NCBI RefSeq assembly: GCF_048571185.1
Contig: NZ_CP182350.1
Location: 63,480-127,479 of the forward strand
DNA: 64,000 bases
DNA from: Arcobacter sp.
GTDB lineage: Bacteria > Campylobacterota > Campylobacteria > Campylobacterales > Arcobacteraceae
Direction: 5' to 3'
Each line of letters starts with the position of its first letter. Positions within the stretch are counted from its first letter, which is position 1. The position numbers and the translations under genes were made by a program. The notes beneath the pieces are model-generated. The model was not told the origin of the DNA. It searched no databases and saw nothing but the letters and a program-made list of their open reading frames with translations. Below are positions 45,673-55,247 of the stretch, in pieces.

Positions 45673-46505
45673 TATAAAATTACCGTTTTATTGCCATAAA
45701 CAAAAACTTTGTCTTCAAGTAAAAGTTGTAAAGCATTTGATAATACAACTTTTTCTACATTTTTCCCTGCAATTCTCATATCTTGCCAAGAAAATGTATG
45801 GTCAACTCTAACAACATCCTGAGCAATAATTGGACCTTCATCCAAATCATCAGTAACATAATGAGCAGTTGCCCCAATAATTTTAACACCTCTATGGTGT
45901 GCTTGTTTATATGGGTTTGCGCCTATAAAAGCTGGTAAAAATGAGTGATGGATATTTAATACTTGCTGAGGAAACTCTTGTACAAATTTTGGAGTTAAGA
46001 TTCTCATATACTTAGCTAAAACAATAAGTTCTGGATTATACTCTTTTATTTTTTCTATTATTAAGTCTTCGTGTGCTTCTCGCTCTAAACCTTCTGCACT
46101 AATACAATGAAAAGGGATATCAAACTTCTCTACTAAATCTTTTAGATAGTCATGGTTTGCAATTACTGCTTTTATATTTGCTTCTAATTCTCCATCTAGA
46201 TATCTTATAAGTAAATCACCTAAAACATGTGATTCTTTTGTAGCTAACAAAACAATATCTTTTTTTGATTTTTCTCTTAGTTTAACTTGTGACTCTTTTG
46301 GTAAAACTTCTGTTAACTCTTTTAAAAGTATTTTTGCGTTTAAATCACCACTTATTACTGTTCTCATAAAAAATTTATTTGTTTCAGCATCAACATATTC
46401 AGCATTTTGTTCGATATTTAGATTATTTGCAAAAAGAACTTTAGATACGTTGTATACTAAACCTTTTGAATCAGAAGTGTTTATTAGAAGTATGTACTCT
46501 TTCAT
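45672..46505 (-). CDS. purU: Formyltetrahydrofolate deformylase
   Basis: N-terminal ACT domain followed by a formyltransferase domain (NIHHSFLPAFIGANPY, GATAHYVTDDLDEGPII). Confidence 0.85.
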   Translation of the reverse strand: MKEYILLINTSDSKGLVYNVSKVLFANNLNIEQNAEYVDAETNKFFMRTVISGDLNAKILLKELTEVLPKESQVKLREKSKKDIVLLATKESHVLGDLLIRYLDGELEANIKAVIANHDYLKDLVEKFDIPFHCISAEGLEREAHEDLIIEKIKEYNPELIVLAKYMRILTPKFVQEFPQQVLNIHHSFLPAFIGANPYKQAHHRGVKIIGATAHYVTDDLDEGPIIAQDVVRVDHTFSWQDMRIAGKNVEKVVLSNALQLLLEDKVFVYGNKTVIL

Positions 46506-46522
46506 CTTTATCCCATATAATA

Positions 46523-46554
46523 GTATTATTCCTGTTTTAAGATTGGAATAATAC
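46523..46554 (-). terminator. Perfect 10-bp inverted repeat between the malic enzyme gene and purU
   Basis: GTATTATTCC-N12-GGAATAATAC. On the minus strand it starts 12 nt after the malic-enzyme stop and is followed by TATTAT. Terminator or attenuator candidate. Confidence 0.45.
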
Positions 46555-46565
46555 CATTATTTTTA

Positions 46566-47825
46566 TTAAATCATTTGTGCTAACTCTTCTTTATAAGCTA
46601 CTAAATCAAAATCTTTTATTCTTGAAACACCAGATTCTACTGCCGCATTTGCAACTGCACTAGATATTTCAACAATAAGTCTTTTATCAAAAGGTTTAGG
46701 AATAATATAATCTTTTGAAAAAGCTAAATGATCTCCAAATATTGCTTTTACTTCAGCAGTTACTGGCTTTTTAGCTAAGTCTGCAATTGCATATGCTGCT
46801 GCTTTTTTCATTTGCATATTTATTTTTTTAGCTTGGACATCTAGTGCTCCTCTAAAAATAAATGGAAAACCAAGTACGTTATTTACTTGATTATTGAAAT
46901 CACTTCTTCCTGTTCCTACTATTGCTTTATCTCTTATTTTAAATATATCATCCGGGAAAAGTTCAGGAGTTGGATTTGATAGTGCAAATACAATTGGCTC
47001 ATCAGCCATTACAGCAATATGTTCTTCTGTAAAAGTTCCAGGTTTAGATAATCCTAAAACCATATCAGCCTCTCGAAAAGCTTCAAGTTGTGTCAATGAT
47101 TCACTTATAGAAAACTCTTTTTTATATTTATTTAAATCATCTCTTTTATCATGGATAACCCCTTTAGAATCACACATAATGATATTTTCTACTCCAACAG
47201 CTCTATACATTCTAGCACATGAAATAGCAGCCGCCCCAGCTCCTACAACAATAACTTTTAAATCTTCAAGCTTTTTTCCAATAATTTCACAAGCATTAAT
47301 TAATCCAGCAGTTGTAATAATAGCAGTACCATGTTGATCATCATGCATAACAGGAATATCAACTTCGTCTATTAATCTTCTCTCTATTTCAAAGCACTCT
47401 GGTGATTTAATATCTTCAAGATTAATACCACCAAATGTTGGTGAAATTGCCTTACATACTGATACAAATTTATCAACATCAGTTTCATCTACTTCAATAT
47501 CAAAAGAATCAACAGCAGCAAACTTTTTAAATAGTACAGATTTACCTTCCATAACTGGCTTTGAAGCAACTGCTCCAATATTTCCAAGACCAAGTACAGC
47601 TGTACCATTTGATATAACAGCTACAAGATTTTTCTTAGCTGTGTATTTAAATGCATTATCTGAATCTTTTTCAATTTCTAGACAAGGGAATGCAACACCT
47701 GGCGTATATGCCAAAGCTAAATCTCTTTGTGTTCCAAGTTTTGTTGTAGTTCCAATTTCCAGTTTTCCAGGTTTTGGAAATTGATGATAATCTAAAGCTT
47801 CTTCTTTAGTTACAGGTTTACTCAT
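46566..47825 (-). CDS. NAD(P)-dependent malic enzyme (short form without PTA-like domain)
   Basis: LALAYTPGVA, GTAVLGLGNIG, FGGINLEDI, MHDDQHGTAI and VVGAGAAA motifs. Confidence 0.85.
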   Translation of the reverse strand: MSKPVTKEEALDYHQFPKPGKLEIGTTTKLGTQRDLALAYTPGVAFPCLEIEKDSDNAFKYTAKKNLVAVISNGTAVLGLGNIGAVASKPVMEGKSVLFKKFAAVDSFDIEVDETDVDKFVSVCKAISPTFGGINLEDIKSPECFEIERRLIDEVDIPVMHDDQHGTAIITTAGLINACEIIGKKLEDLKVIVVGAGAAAISCARMYRAVGVENIIMCDSKGVIHDKRDDLNKYKKEFSISESLTQLEAFREADMVLGLSKPGTFTEEHIAVMADEPIVFALSNPTPELFPDDIFKIRDKAIVGTGRSDFNNQVNNVLGFPFIFRGALDVQAKKINMQMKKAAAYAIADLAKKPVTAEVKAIFGDHLAFSKDYIIPKPFDKRLIVEISSAVANAAVESGVSRIKDFDLVAYKEELAQMI

Positions 47826-47927
47826 AAATAACTCCTTTATTTATTTTGGATGAAATTGTAACCTATCGAAACTTAAAAGTTATTTTTTTCTAAATTATGC
47901 ATCAAATTAATCAAATTTTAAGCTTTC

Positions 47928-47967
47928 TATACACTTTTTATACACTTTATTTACATAATTTTTACAT
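47928..47967. repeat. Four 11-bp-phased T(A/T)TACA(C/T) repeats
   Basis: cTATACACtttt tATACACttta ttTACATaatt ttTACATtttt, with copies starting at about 47928, 47939, 47950 and 47961. Lies 100-145 nt upstream of the malic-enzyme ATG and just downstream of the pgeF stop. Confidence 0.55.
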
Positions 47968-47975
47968 TTTTAGTT

Positions 47976-48647
47976 TTATTTAAGAATTGCAATTATTGAA
48001 AATCTTCCACAATCTTTATCATTTCTATATGAAAAATATGCTTCATTGGAACATTTAGTACAAATCCTAGATACTTCCACATTAAAAATACCAATATCAT
48101 TTAACTGTTTCACATTTATAGCTTGTAAATCTATATATCTATTTTGTGAAAACTCTTTACCATAAGATTTAATAACGATATTTTCTAGTTCATTGGAAAC
48201 TTCATAACAACACTTTTGTATAGAAGGTCCTAAATAAGCATTTATATCTTCTGCTTTGCATCCTAATTCTTTTATCATCATAAGTGCTGTTTTTTGAACT
48301 ATACTTAAAAAAGTTGAGTTTCTTCCTGCATGAACTACTGCAATAACATCTTTTTTATTGTCATATAAAAGTATTGGTATACAATCAGCTACCATTACCA
48401 TTATAGGTAGATTTTTCTCTTTTGTAACCAAAGCATCACAATTATCTATTAATAAAGGAGAATTAAAATCTACAATTTTTATGTTTTCACCATGAACTTG
48501 GTTCATATAACGCAATTTTGACATATCAAAATTATATTTTTGGGAAAGTTTCAATCTGTTTTTATCAACACTACTTTTTAAATCATTTACATGATAGGCT
48601 ATATTTCCATCATTTTTTGTTGTTATTATCTTTTTTATAGTGTCCAT
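47976..48647 (-). CDS. pgeF: YfiH/PgeF-family (laccase-domain) protein
   Basis: QVHGENI, ADCIPILLYD, HAGRNS and C-terminal CTKCSNEAYFSYRND are typical of the family. Confidence 0.8.
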   Translation of the reverse strand: MDTIKKIITTKNDGNIAYHVNDLKSSVDKNRLKLSQKYNFDMSKLRYMNQVHGENIKIVDFNSPLLIDNCDALVTKEKNLPIMVMVADCIPILLYDNKKDVIAVVHAGRNSTFLSIVQKTALMMIKELGCKAEDINAYLGPSIQKCCYEVSNELENIVIKSYGKEFSQNRYIDLQAINVKQLNDIGIFNVEVSRICTKCSNEAYFSYRNDKDCGRFSIIAILK

Positions 48648-48744
48648 TTTTTTCCCAAATTTTTTTTATATTAATTTATCATAATTATTTTAATATCCTC
48701 TTATTAATCTTTGGATAGAATCAGATTTTATTTTAAGGAAATCA

Positions 48745-49584
48745 ATGTCGCAAGAAAACGAAAAATTTTTAATATTTGGTAATCCAATAGAACACTCAAA
48801 ATCTCCTCAAATGCATAACAGTGCTTTTGACCATCTAAATCTAAATTCATTTTATGATAAATACTTATTAACTGATGGCAAGAAGATTAAAGAAATTTTT
48901 AATTCAGAAAATATAAAAGGTGCTAATATAACTGTTCCCCATAAAGAGGATGCTTTTAGATTAGCAGATGAAGTTGTAGGAATAGCAAATGAAATTGAAG
49001 CTGTAAATACTTATGTAAAAAAAGATGATAAGATTTATGCATATAATACAGATGCTCCAGGATTTTTAAAAGCCATAAGTGATTTTGGAAAAATAAAATC
49101 TGTACTTATTTTAGGGGCTGGTGGTACTGCAAAAGCTATAGCAATGGCTTTAAAAGAAGAAAACATTGAAGTAAGAATACTAAATAGAAGTGCTGAAAAA
49201 CTAGCCTTTTTTAAAGCACAAGGCTTCAAAACTTATACTTGGGGTAACTTTCAAATGAATCATTATGATTTGATTGTAAACTCTACAAGTGCAGGATTAA
49301 ATAATGAGGACTATCCTATCAAGAAAACTACACTTGAAAGTATCTTTTTAAATGCAAAATACGCTTTTGATTGTATATATGGAAAAGATACTCCCTTTTT
49401 AAAACTAGCACAGGCAGAAGGTTTAAAAGCAAAGGATGGTGAAGATATGCTTTTATATCAAGGTGTTCTTGCATTTGAATTATTTACTGATACTTTATTA
49501 GATAAAGAGACTATTGAAGTGATGAGAAAAGCTTTAAAAAAAGATCCAGTAGAAGATACAATTGATAATGAAGAGCAAAAGTAA
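48745..49584 (+). CDS. aroE: Shikimate dehydrogenase
   Basis: GNPIEHSKSPQMHN, NITVPHKE, NTDAPGF, GAGGTAKAI. Confidence 0.85.
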   Translation: MSQENEKFLIFGNPIEHSKSPQMHNSAFDHLNLNSFYDKYLLTDGKKIKEIFNSENIKGANITVPHKEDAFRLADEVVGIANEIEAVNTYVKKDDKIYAYNTDAPGFLKAISDFGKIKSVLILGAGGTAKAIAMALKEENIEVRILNRSAEKLAFFKAQGFKTYTWGNFQMNHYDLIVNSTSAGLNNEDYPIKKTTLESIFLNAKYAFDCIYGKDTPFLKLAQAEGLKAKDGEDMLLYQGVLAFELFTDTLLDKETIEVMRKALKKDPVEDTIDNEEQK

Positions 49585-49593
49585 GAGTATTTT

Positions 49594-49794
49594 ATGAGAT
49601 TGATTTTAGCTATACTAATCCCATGGCTTAACTTTTTTACAATTGGTAAGCCAATTTCTGGAATAATTTGTCTAATTTTACAAATTACAATCATTGGTTG
49701 GTTACCTGCAGCTTTATGGTCAGTATATTCATTGAGTCAATATAATACTGACAAAAAAATCAAAAACTTTAAGAATAAACAAGAAGAGATATAA
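49594..49794 (+). CDS. Small two-helix membrane protein (YqaE/Pmp3-like pattern)
   Basis: ILAILIPWLNFF...ICLILQITIIGWLPAALWSVY resembles the Pmp3/YqaE layout. Starts 9 nt after aroE. Confidence 0.45.
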   Translation: MRLILAILIPWLNFFTIGKPISGIICLILQITIIGWLPAALWSVYSLSQYNTDKKIKNFKNKQEEI

Positions 49795-49896
49795 GAGAGT
49801 TTATTTAAAGAAGTCTATTCATTTTTAATTAATAGAACTTTGATAGAATAGATACACTTATATTATTCATTTTAAAAAATAATACAAAGGAAATAG

Positions 49897-50532
49897 ATGA
49901 AACATATTAAAAAAATATCAGACTATGCCATTGTTGGTGGATTAGGTGCTATTTTAATTACAGGACTTGTTGGATGTGGAGATAGTTCTAATAATAGACA
50001 AGGACAAAATGATGCCTTTACAAATGCAAGTCAAAAGCAAGGTGCTTTTGTAATTATAGAAGAGAGTGCTGATGGTAGATATGCTATTGCAGATGAATTT
50101 CCTGCTACTAAAACAACTGTAGTTTTGAGAAAACCTGATGGAAGTGAAAGAATACTAACTCAAGAAGAGATAGATAGACTTGTAAAACAAGAAAATGCAA
50201 GAATAGAAGCAGGAACCTCTCCCCTAACAAATCCAGAAGTATCAAATGGTGGAATGGGACTTGGTGGAGTTTTATTATCATCTATTGCTGGAGCGATGAT
50301 TGGTTCATGGATAGGTAATAAACTATTTAATAACCAAAACTTCCAAAACCAAAGAAGAACTCAATACAAATCTCCTCAAACATACTCTAAAAGTCAAAGT
50401 TCTTTTACAAGAGCAGCTAAAACAGGTACAAGCTCAGCTTCAAGTAAAAAAAGTGGCTTTTTTGGTGGAGGAAGCTCTTCAAAATCTAGATCCTCTTTTG
50501 GGTCTAGATCATCTGGATTCTTTGGTGGTTGA
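49897..50532 (+). CDS. UPF0323-family lipoprotein
   Basis: Lipobox LVGCGD. Central FVIIEE...YAIADEFPATKTTVVLR segment. Ser/Gly-rich tail with SGFFGG twice. It pairs with a GspS-like gene, as in Helicobacter/Campylobacter (HP0232-HP0233 / Cj0371-Cj0372 type, from memory). Confidence 0.65.
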   Translation: MKHIKKISDYAIVGGLGAILITGLVGCGDSSNNRQGQNDAFTNASQKQGAFVIIEESADGRYAIADEFPATKTTVVLRKPDGSERILTQEEIDRLVKQENARIEAGTSPLTNPEVSNGGMGLGGVLLSSIAGAMIGSWIGNKLFNNQNFQNQRRTQYKSPQTYSKSQSSFTRAAKTGTSSASSKKSGFFGGGSSSKSRSSFGSRSSGFFGG

Positions 50533-50535
50533 TTA

Positions 50536-51714
50536 ATGAAATTACAAAAATTAGAACCTCTTACTAAAGAGTATTTAGAATCAATAGGCTTTGTGTGGCA
50601 TACGGATGAAGATGAAACTTCATACATAGCAGATGAAATAGTTCAAGTAAGTGAAGATGAAGCAAATGCCTATTATGAAGCAACAAATGAATTGTATGAT
50701 ATGTTTTGTGAAGCTGGTGACTATGTTATAGATAATAATCTATTTCATGAAATAAATATTCCATTTAACTTAGTAAACTTAATAAAAGAATCTTGGGAAA
50801 ATGATGTTCATTGGCATCTTTATTCAAGATTTGATTTGGCTGGTGGAATTGATGGTAAACCTATAAAGTTAATAGAGTTTAATGCTGATACTCCAACTTC
50901 TCTTTTTGAAACAGCAATTATCCAATGGGCCATGCTAAAAGCAAATAATTTAGATGAAGCAAGCCAATTTAACAACCTTTATGATGCACTAAAAGATAAC
51001 TTTAAAAGAATCATTACTATGGAAGATGATATAGAAAAGTTTGAAGAATATTATAAAGACTTAGGGTGGAAAATACTTTTCTCTTCTATTAGTTCAAGTG
51101 GGGAAGATGAAAATACAACAAAACTTTTACAGCATATTGCAACAGAAGCTGGATTTAACACTGATTTTGAATATATTGACAAAGTTCAATTCAATGATGA
51201 AGGTATCTATAAAGATGATATAAATTTTGAATTTTGGTTTAAACTTATTCCTTGGGAAAATATTGCAATAGATGAAAGTGAACTAGCTTTAATTTTAGAA
51301 GATATAATTGCCAATAAAAAAGCTATTATATTCAACCCTGCATACACTTTAATGTTCCAATCAAAAGGTTTTATGAAAATACTTTGGGATTTATACCCAA
51401 ATCATCCACTTCTACTTGAAACCTCTTTTGAACCTCTCAGTGGTAAAAAACAAGTTGAAAAAAGATGTTTTGGAAGAGAAGGTGCAAATGTTGCTATTAT
51501 AAATAGTGATAACTCTTTAGATATGAAAACTGAAGGTGATTATGAAGGCTTTAAAGCTATCTATCAAGAGTATGTAGAGCTTCCCGTAGATGAGAACGGA
51601 GATTCTTACCAAGCAGGAGTATTTTATGCCTATGAAGCTTGTGCCTTAGGATTTAGAAAAGGTGGAAAGATATTAAATAATATGTCAAAATTTGTAGGAC
51701 ATATTATTAAATAA
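50536..51714 (+). CDS. Glutathionylspermidine-synthase-family ATP-grasp protein (YgiC/YjfC-like)
   Basis: RFDLAGGIDGKPIKLIEFNADTPTSLFE pre-ATP-grasp motif and C-terminal GREGANV. Starts 3 nt after the lipoprotein stop. Confidence 0.75.
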   Translation: MKLQKLEPLTKEYLESIGFVWHTDEDETSYIADEIVQVSEDEANAYYEATNELYDMFCEAGDYVIDNNLFHEINIPFNLVNLIKESWENDVHWHLYSRFDLAGGIDGKPIKLIEFNADTPTSLFETAIIQWAMLKANNLDEASQFNNLYDALKDNFKRIITMEDDIEKFEEYYKDLGWKILFSSISSSGEDENTTKLLQHIATEAGFNTDFEYIDKVQFNDEGIYKDDINFEFWFKLIPWENIAIDESELALILEDIIANKKAIIFNPAYTLMFQSKGFMKILWDLYPNHPLLLETSFEPLSGKKQVEKRCFGREGANVAIINSDNSLDMKTEGDYEGFKAIYQEYVELPVDENGDSYQAGVFYAYEACALGFRKGGKILNNMSKFVGHIIK

Positions 51715-51726
51715 GTTAGATAAGTT

Positions 51727-53760
51727 TTATAACTTATCTAATTCTATAATAAAATTTGCCCCATGATATAGACTATTATTATAGATAAACTCACTATTTT
51801 CAACATAAATTTTACCCTTCATACTATCAGTTATAATTTGATATGTCATATACAATCCTAAACCAGTACCTTGTGATTTATCTTTTGTTGTAAAATATGG
51901 TTCAAAAACTTTTTTCAACACATCATCCTTGATTCCACCCGCACTATCTTTTATACTTATGTTAGCTTTACCATCTTTTACTGAAGTAGTTATTACTATG
52001 ATTCTTTTATTCTCATCTTCTTGTTTTTCTTTTAAAGAATCTTTTGCATTATTTAAAATATTTACCAATGCTTGTATCAATTCATTTAAATAGTTGTTAA
52101 TAATAATATTATCATCAAGAAGTTTTATTATTTTTAAATTGTGATTATTAATAGAAGAGTCAAATATACTCAAGGCTTGAGAGACAGACTCATTTATATT
52201 AAATTTAACTAACTCTTTTTCACCCTTTATATAATTCCTAAAATCATCAATTACTTGAGATAGATATTGAGTATTTTTTACAATATTGTCAGATAAATTT
52301 AAAATGTCCTCATCTTCTAAAAGGTTTAATTCTTTTTTGAGTTTCATACCACTTGCTGCAACTGAAATAGAGCTTAAAGGTTGTCTCCATTGATGAGCAA
52401 TATTGCCTATCATCTCACCTAATGCAACCATCTTTGATTGTTCTTCAAGAACTCTATTTTTTTCCTTAATCTCATCACTTCTATTTTGAACTTTTATTTC
52501 TAATTGTTCATTCAACTCTAGTAACTCACTTGTTTTTTCTTTAACTTTTTCTTCAAGGCTTAAATTTAACTTTTCTAATTCACTTTGCTTATCTTTCAAA
52601 CTCTCTTCATAATCTAAGAAATTTCTATTTATCTTTTTTGAAATTAAAATTGAAATAGCAATACTTGTTAACAAAAGGATAAGTGATATAGTTAATATAC
52701 TAAATATTATTTCATTAACTTCTGTTTCTTCTTTTTCAATTAACTTTTTTACCTTAGTGTTAATATCTTCATGATAAACACCTGTACCAATAACCCAATT
52801 CCAGTCTTTTATGTGTTTAACATAGCCAATTTTCTTTAAAGCTCTTTTTTCATTGGGTTTATTCCAATAATATTCTACAAAAGTGCCATCAGGATTTAAT
52901 AAAGCCTCTTTTATAAATAACTTATTTAATGGAAGACCTGTTTTTTTATCACTGCCCAAATCAAATTTACCTATTGCATCTGGTCTAAAAGGGTGTTCTA
53001 ATAAAATATTGTCAGTTGATGATGTCCAAATATAACCATTAGGAGGATATCTATAAAGGGTTAATCGTTTTAGTGCCTCTTCTTTTATGTTCTTTTCAAA
53101 ATCATCAATATATTCGCCATATCCTATGAACCAATTATAAGGTTCAAATATTTTTACAAATGAGATTTTATCATATTGCTCTTTTTTTGTAAGTTTATAC
53201 CACTTATAAGTAACATATCCTTCTTTTTGTGTTTTTGCTACATTTGCTAATTCTTGTACATAATACTTACCATCTATATCTTTAAGTGCATATGCACTTA
53301 TATTCTCTTTTGTTGGAGTTGCTGGTAACATTCTTGATATGATTTCATTATCCCCTACCATTTCAGCAATAAAATAATAACCATTTTTTCCAAATCTTAC
53401 TTTTCTAATCGTTTCTAGAATCTCTTTTTTTAACTCTTGTTCAGAAACTTTTCCTTTTTTATTTTTATAAATATTATTGGCTAAGTCATATGCCATATAA
53501 ACTCTATTTTTGAGTTTTTCTTTAAGTCGTTTGGGAGCTTCTGTTTTTTTGTATTCTATATAACTATAAATATTATCTATTTGATTTTTAATATATTGTT
53601 TTTGTAACTCAACTTCTTGATTAGTATAATTTTTCAAGTCACTATTATAGTGTTTATATACTAGTGAAACTGAAATAGCAGACATAGTAATTATCGTAAC
53701 AATAATAAAAAAAATTGGAACTATTATAATAAATTTTATTACACTATTCTTTTTATTCAT
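51727..53760 (-). CDS. Sensor histidine kinase with large periplasmic Cache-like domain (no adjacent response regulator)
   Basis: TM, about 320 aa extracytoplasmic region, TM, coiled coil, H-box IAHQWRQPL, N-box ILNNAKDS, G-box GTGLGLYMT. Confidence 0.8.
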   Translation of the reverse strand: MNKKNSVIKFIIIVPIFFIIVTIITMSAISVSLVYKHYNSDLKNYTNQEVELQKQYIKNQIDNIYSYIEYKKTEAPKRLKEKLKNRVYMAYDLANNIYKNKKGKVSEQELKKEILETIRKVRFGKNGYYFIAEMVGDNEIISRMLPATPTKENISAYALKDIDGKYYVQELANVAKTQKEGYVTYKWYKLTKKEQYDKISFVKIFEPYNWFIGYGEYIDDFEKNIKEEALKRLTLYRYPPNGYIWTSSTDNILLEHPFRPDAIGKFDLGSDKKTGLPLNKLFIKEALLNPDGTFVEYYWNKPNEKRALKKIGYVKHIKDWNWVIGTGVYHEDINTKVKKLIEKEETEVNEIIFSILTISLILLLTSIAISILISKKINRNFLDYEESLKDKQSELEKLNLSLEEKVKEKTSELLELNEQLEIKVQNRSDEIKEKNRVLEEQSKMVALGEMIGNIAHQWRQPLSSISVAASGMKLKKELNLLEDEDILNLSDNIVKNTQYLSQVIDDFRNYIKGEKELVKFNINESVSQALSIFDSSINNHNLKIIKLLDDNIIINNYLNELIQALVNILNNAKDSLKEKQEDENKRIIVITTSVKDGKANISIKDSAGGIKDDVLKKVFEPYFTTKDKSQGTGLGLYMTYQIITDSMKGKIYVENSEFIYNNSLYHGANFIIELDKL

Positions 53761-53815
53761 TTTGCCTCACACATGTCTAATTCATGCCTAATATTAGCAT
53801 CTATTTGATTAATTT

Positions 53816-54289
53816 TTATATTTCCTCTTCTTTTTTTATATAAGCCAATAAAACTTCAAAACTATTTTCTATATTTTTAAAAATTTTTACCAATAAAACA
53901 GGTGTGTGAGATAGTCTATTATTGAGATTTTCACCTCTTTTACTATCATCTCTTAAATCAATCTTTCCATCAACTAAGACAATATCATATTTTCTTTTCC
54001 CATCCATAAAACAAATACTAAAAGGAATAAGGTATTCTTCACCATCCTCTGCATAATACCAACTTGGCTCACGTCTTAATATTACAAAGGGTAAATCACT
54101 ATCTATTTTACATTGGAGTAAAAGTTTTTTATTAAAAACTATTTTTCTCATATTTTCTATATTTATAATAGATTTTTCTAATCTCTTTTGTACTCTTTTG
54201 TACAAAAACTTCCAAAGAATAGAATTAATAGTTCTTGTCCCATCAAGGTGTCCTAAACTCTCTTCACTTGGATAATATATGTTAGTCAT
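53816..54289 (-). CDS. Hypothetical 157-aa protein, translationally coupled to lpxK
   Basis: ORF overlapping the lpxK stop by 8 nt. No family recognised. Confidence 0.45.
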   Translation of the reverse strand: MTNIYYPSEESLGHLDGTRTINSILWKFLYKRVQKRLEKSIINIENMRKIVFNKKLLLQCKIDSDLPFVILRREPSWYYAEDGEEYLIPFSICFMDGKRKYDIVLVDGKIDLRDDSKRGENLNNRLSHTPVLLVKIFKNIENSFEVLLAYIKKEEEI

Positions 54290-55247
54290 GTGTTATTTTA
54301 TACATTTTAAGGTATTTTTCTAAATTTGAAAAATCAACATCTTTACTAAATTCTATTTCTAAGTCCATCAAAACAAGATTTTTAATATTGAACTTTTCTA
54401 ATTTTACAAAATCTTTTGCTGTAGTTAATATAGTAAAATCTTTATATGACTTTTCAACTACCTCTATGTCTAATTTAGTAAAACTATAATGGTCAGGAAA
54501 AGAGATAAGTGCACAAGGCTTTGGAACAAAGTCTAAAAGTCTTTTTGCCTTTGATATTGCAGTTAATATCACTATATTAAAAGGTAACTCTTCTAAAGTT
54601 TTACCATCTTTTTTAAACTTTACAACTCTAGTAAAATCAACACCCTCTTTTAAAACCATATTTGCAGTTGCATACATCATTTTGGGTTCTCTATATCCAC
54701 CACTTGGAAGGCAAAAGATATTTTCAGGCTCTTTTTTAGGTCGTAAAAGTATATCAAACTTATTTATTTGGTATTTTGAAAATCCATCATCTAAAAAAAC
54801 TAATTTACAAGCAAGCTCTTTTGCTTTTAAGATGGCTTCTACTCTATCTTCACTAACTATTACAGTAGCTTTTGGTAGAGATTTAGCTAAAAGCATAGCT
54901 TCATCACCACAAGTTTCTATATCTACTAAAATCTTTGTTTTTTGACTTACGACAAAAAGTCCTTTAGATTTTCTTCCATATCCTCTTAAAACAATTGCAT
55001 AGTCACTTTTGTCTTTAGCCAAAGCTATTGTAACAGGTGTTTTACCACTTCCACCAACAATTAAATTTCCTACAGAGATAACAGGTATTCCAAAATCCTG
55101 TGTTTTGGAAGAGATTCTTTTAAATGATACTATTAACATATAAACTAAAGTAAAAGGAATAAATAAAAAAGAGATGATTTTTTGAAAGAAAGTCGGAAAG
55201 AAGAGATACTCTTCTATCCAAATATTAAGTTTTTGTTTTAGCAACAA
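54282..55247 (-). CDS. lpxK: Tetraacyldisaccharide 4'-kinase
   Basis: N-terminal membrane helix and P-loop VISVGNLIVGGSGKTP. Confidence 0.85.
   Translation of the reverse strand: MLLKQKLNIWIEEYLFFPTFFQKIISFLFIPFTLVYMLIVSFKRISSKTQDFGIPVISVGNLIVGGSGKTPVTIALAKDKSDYAIVLRGYGRKSKGLFVVSQKTKILVDIETCGDEAMLLAKSLPKATVIVSEDRVEAILKAKELACKLVFLDDGFSKYQINKFDILLRPKKEPENIFCLPSGGYREPKMMYATANMVLKEGVDFTRVVKFKKDGKTLEELPFNIVILTAISKAKRLLDFVPKPCALISFPDHYSFTKLDIEVVEKSYKDFTILTTAKDFVKLEKFNIKNLVLMDLEIEFSKDVDFSNLEKYLKMYKITHD

Noticed and set aside
46894-47337. 147-aa ORF antisense to the malic enzyme gene.
   Set aside because: The opposite strand encodes a protein with multiple unmistakable malic-enzyme motifs. The antisense translation is Ser/Ile-rich with no features.
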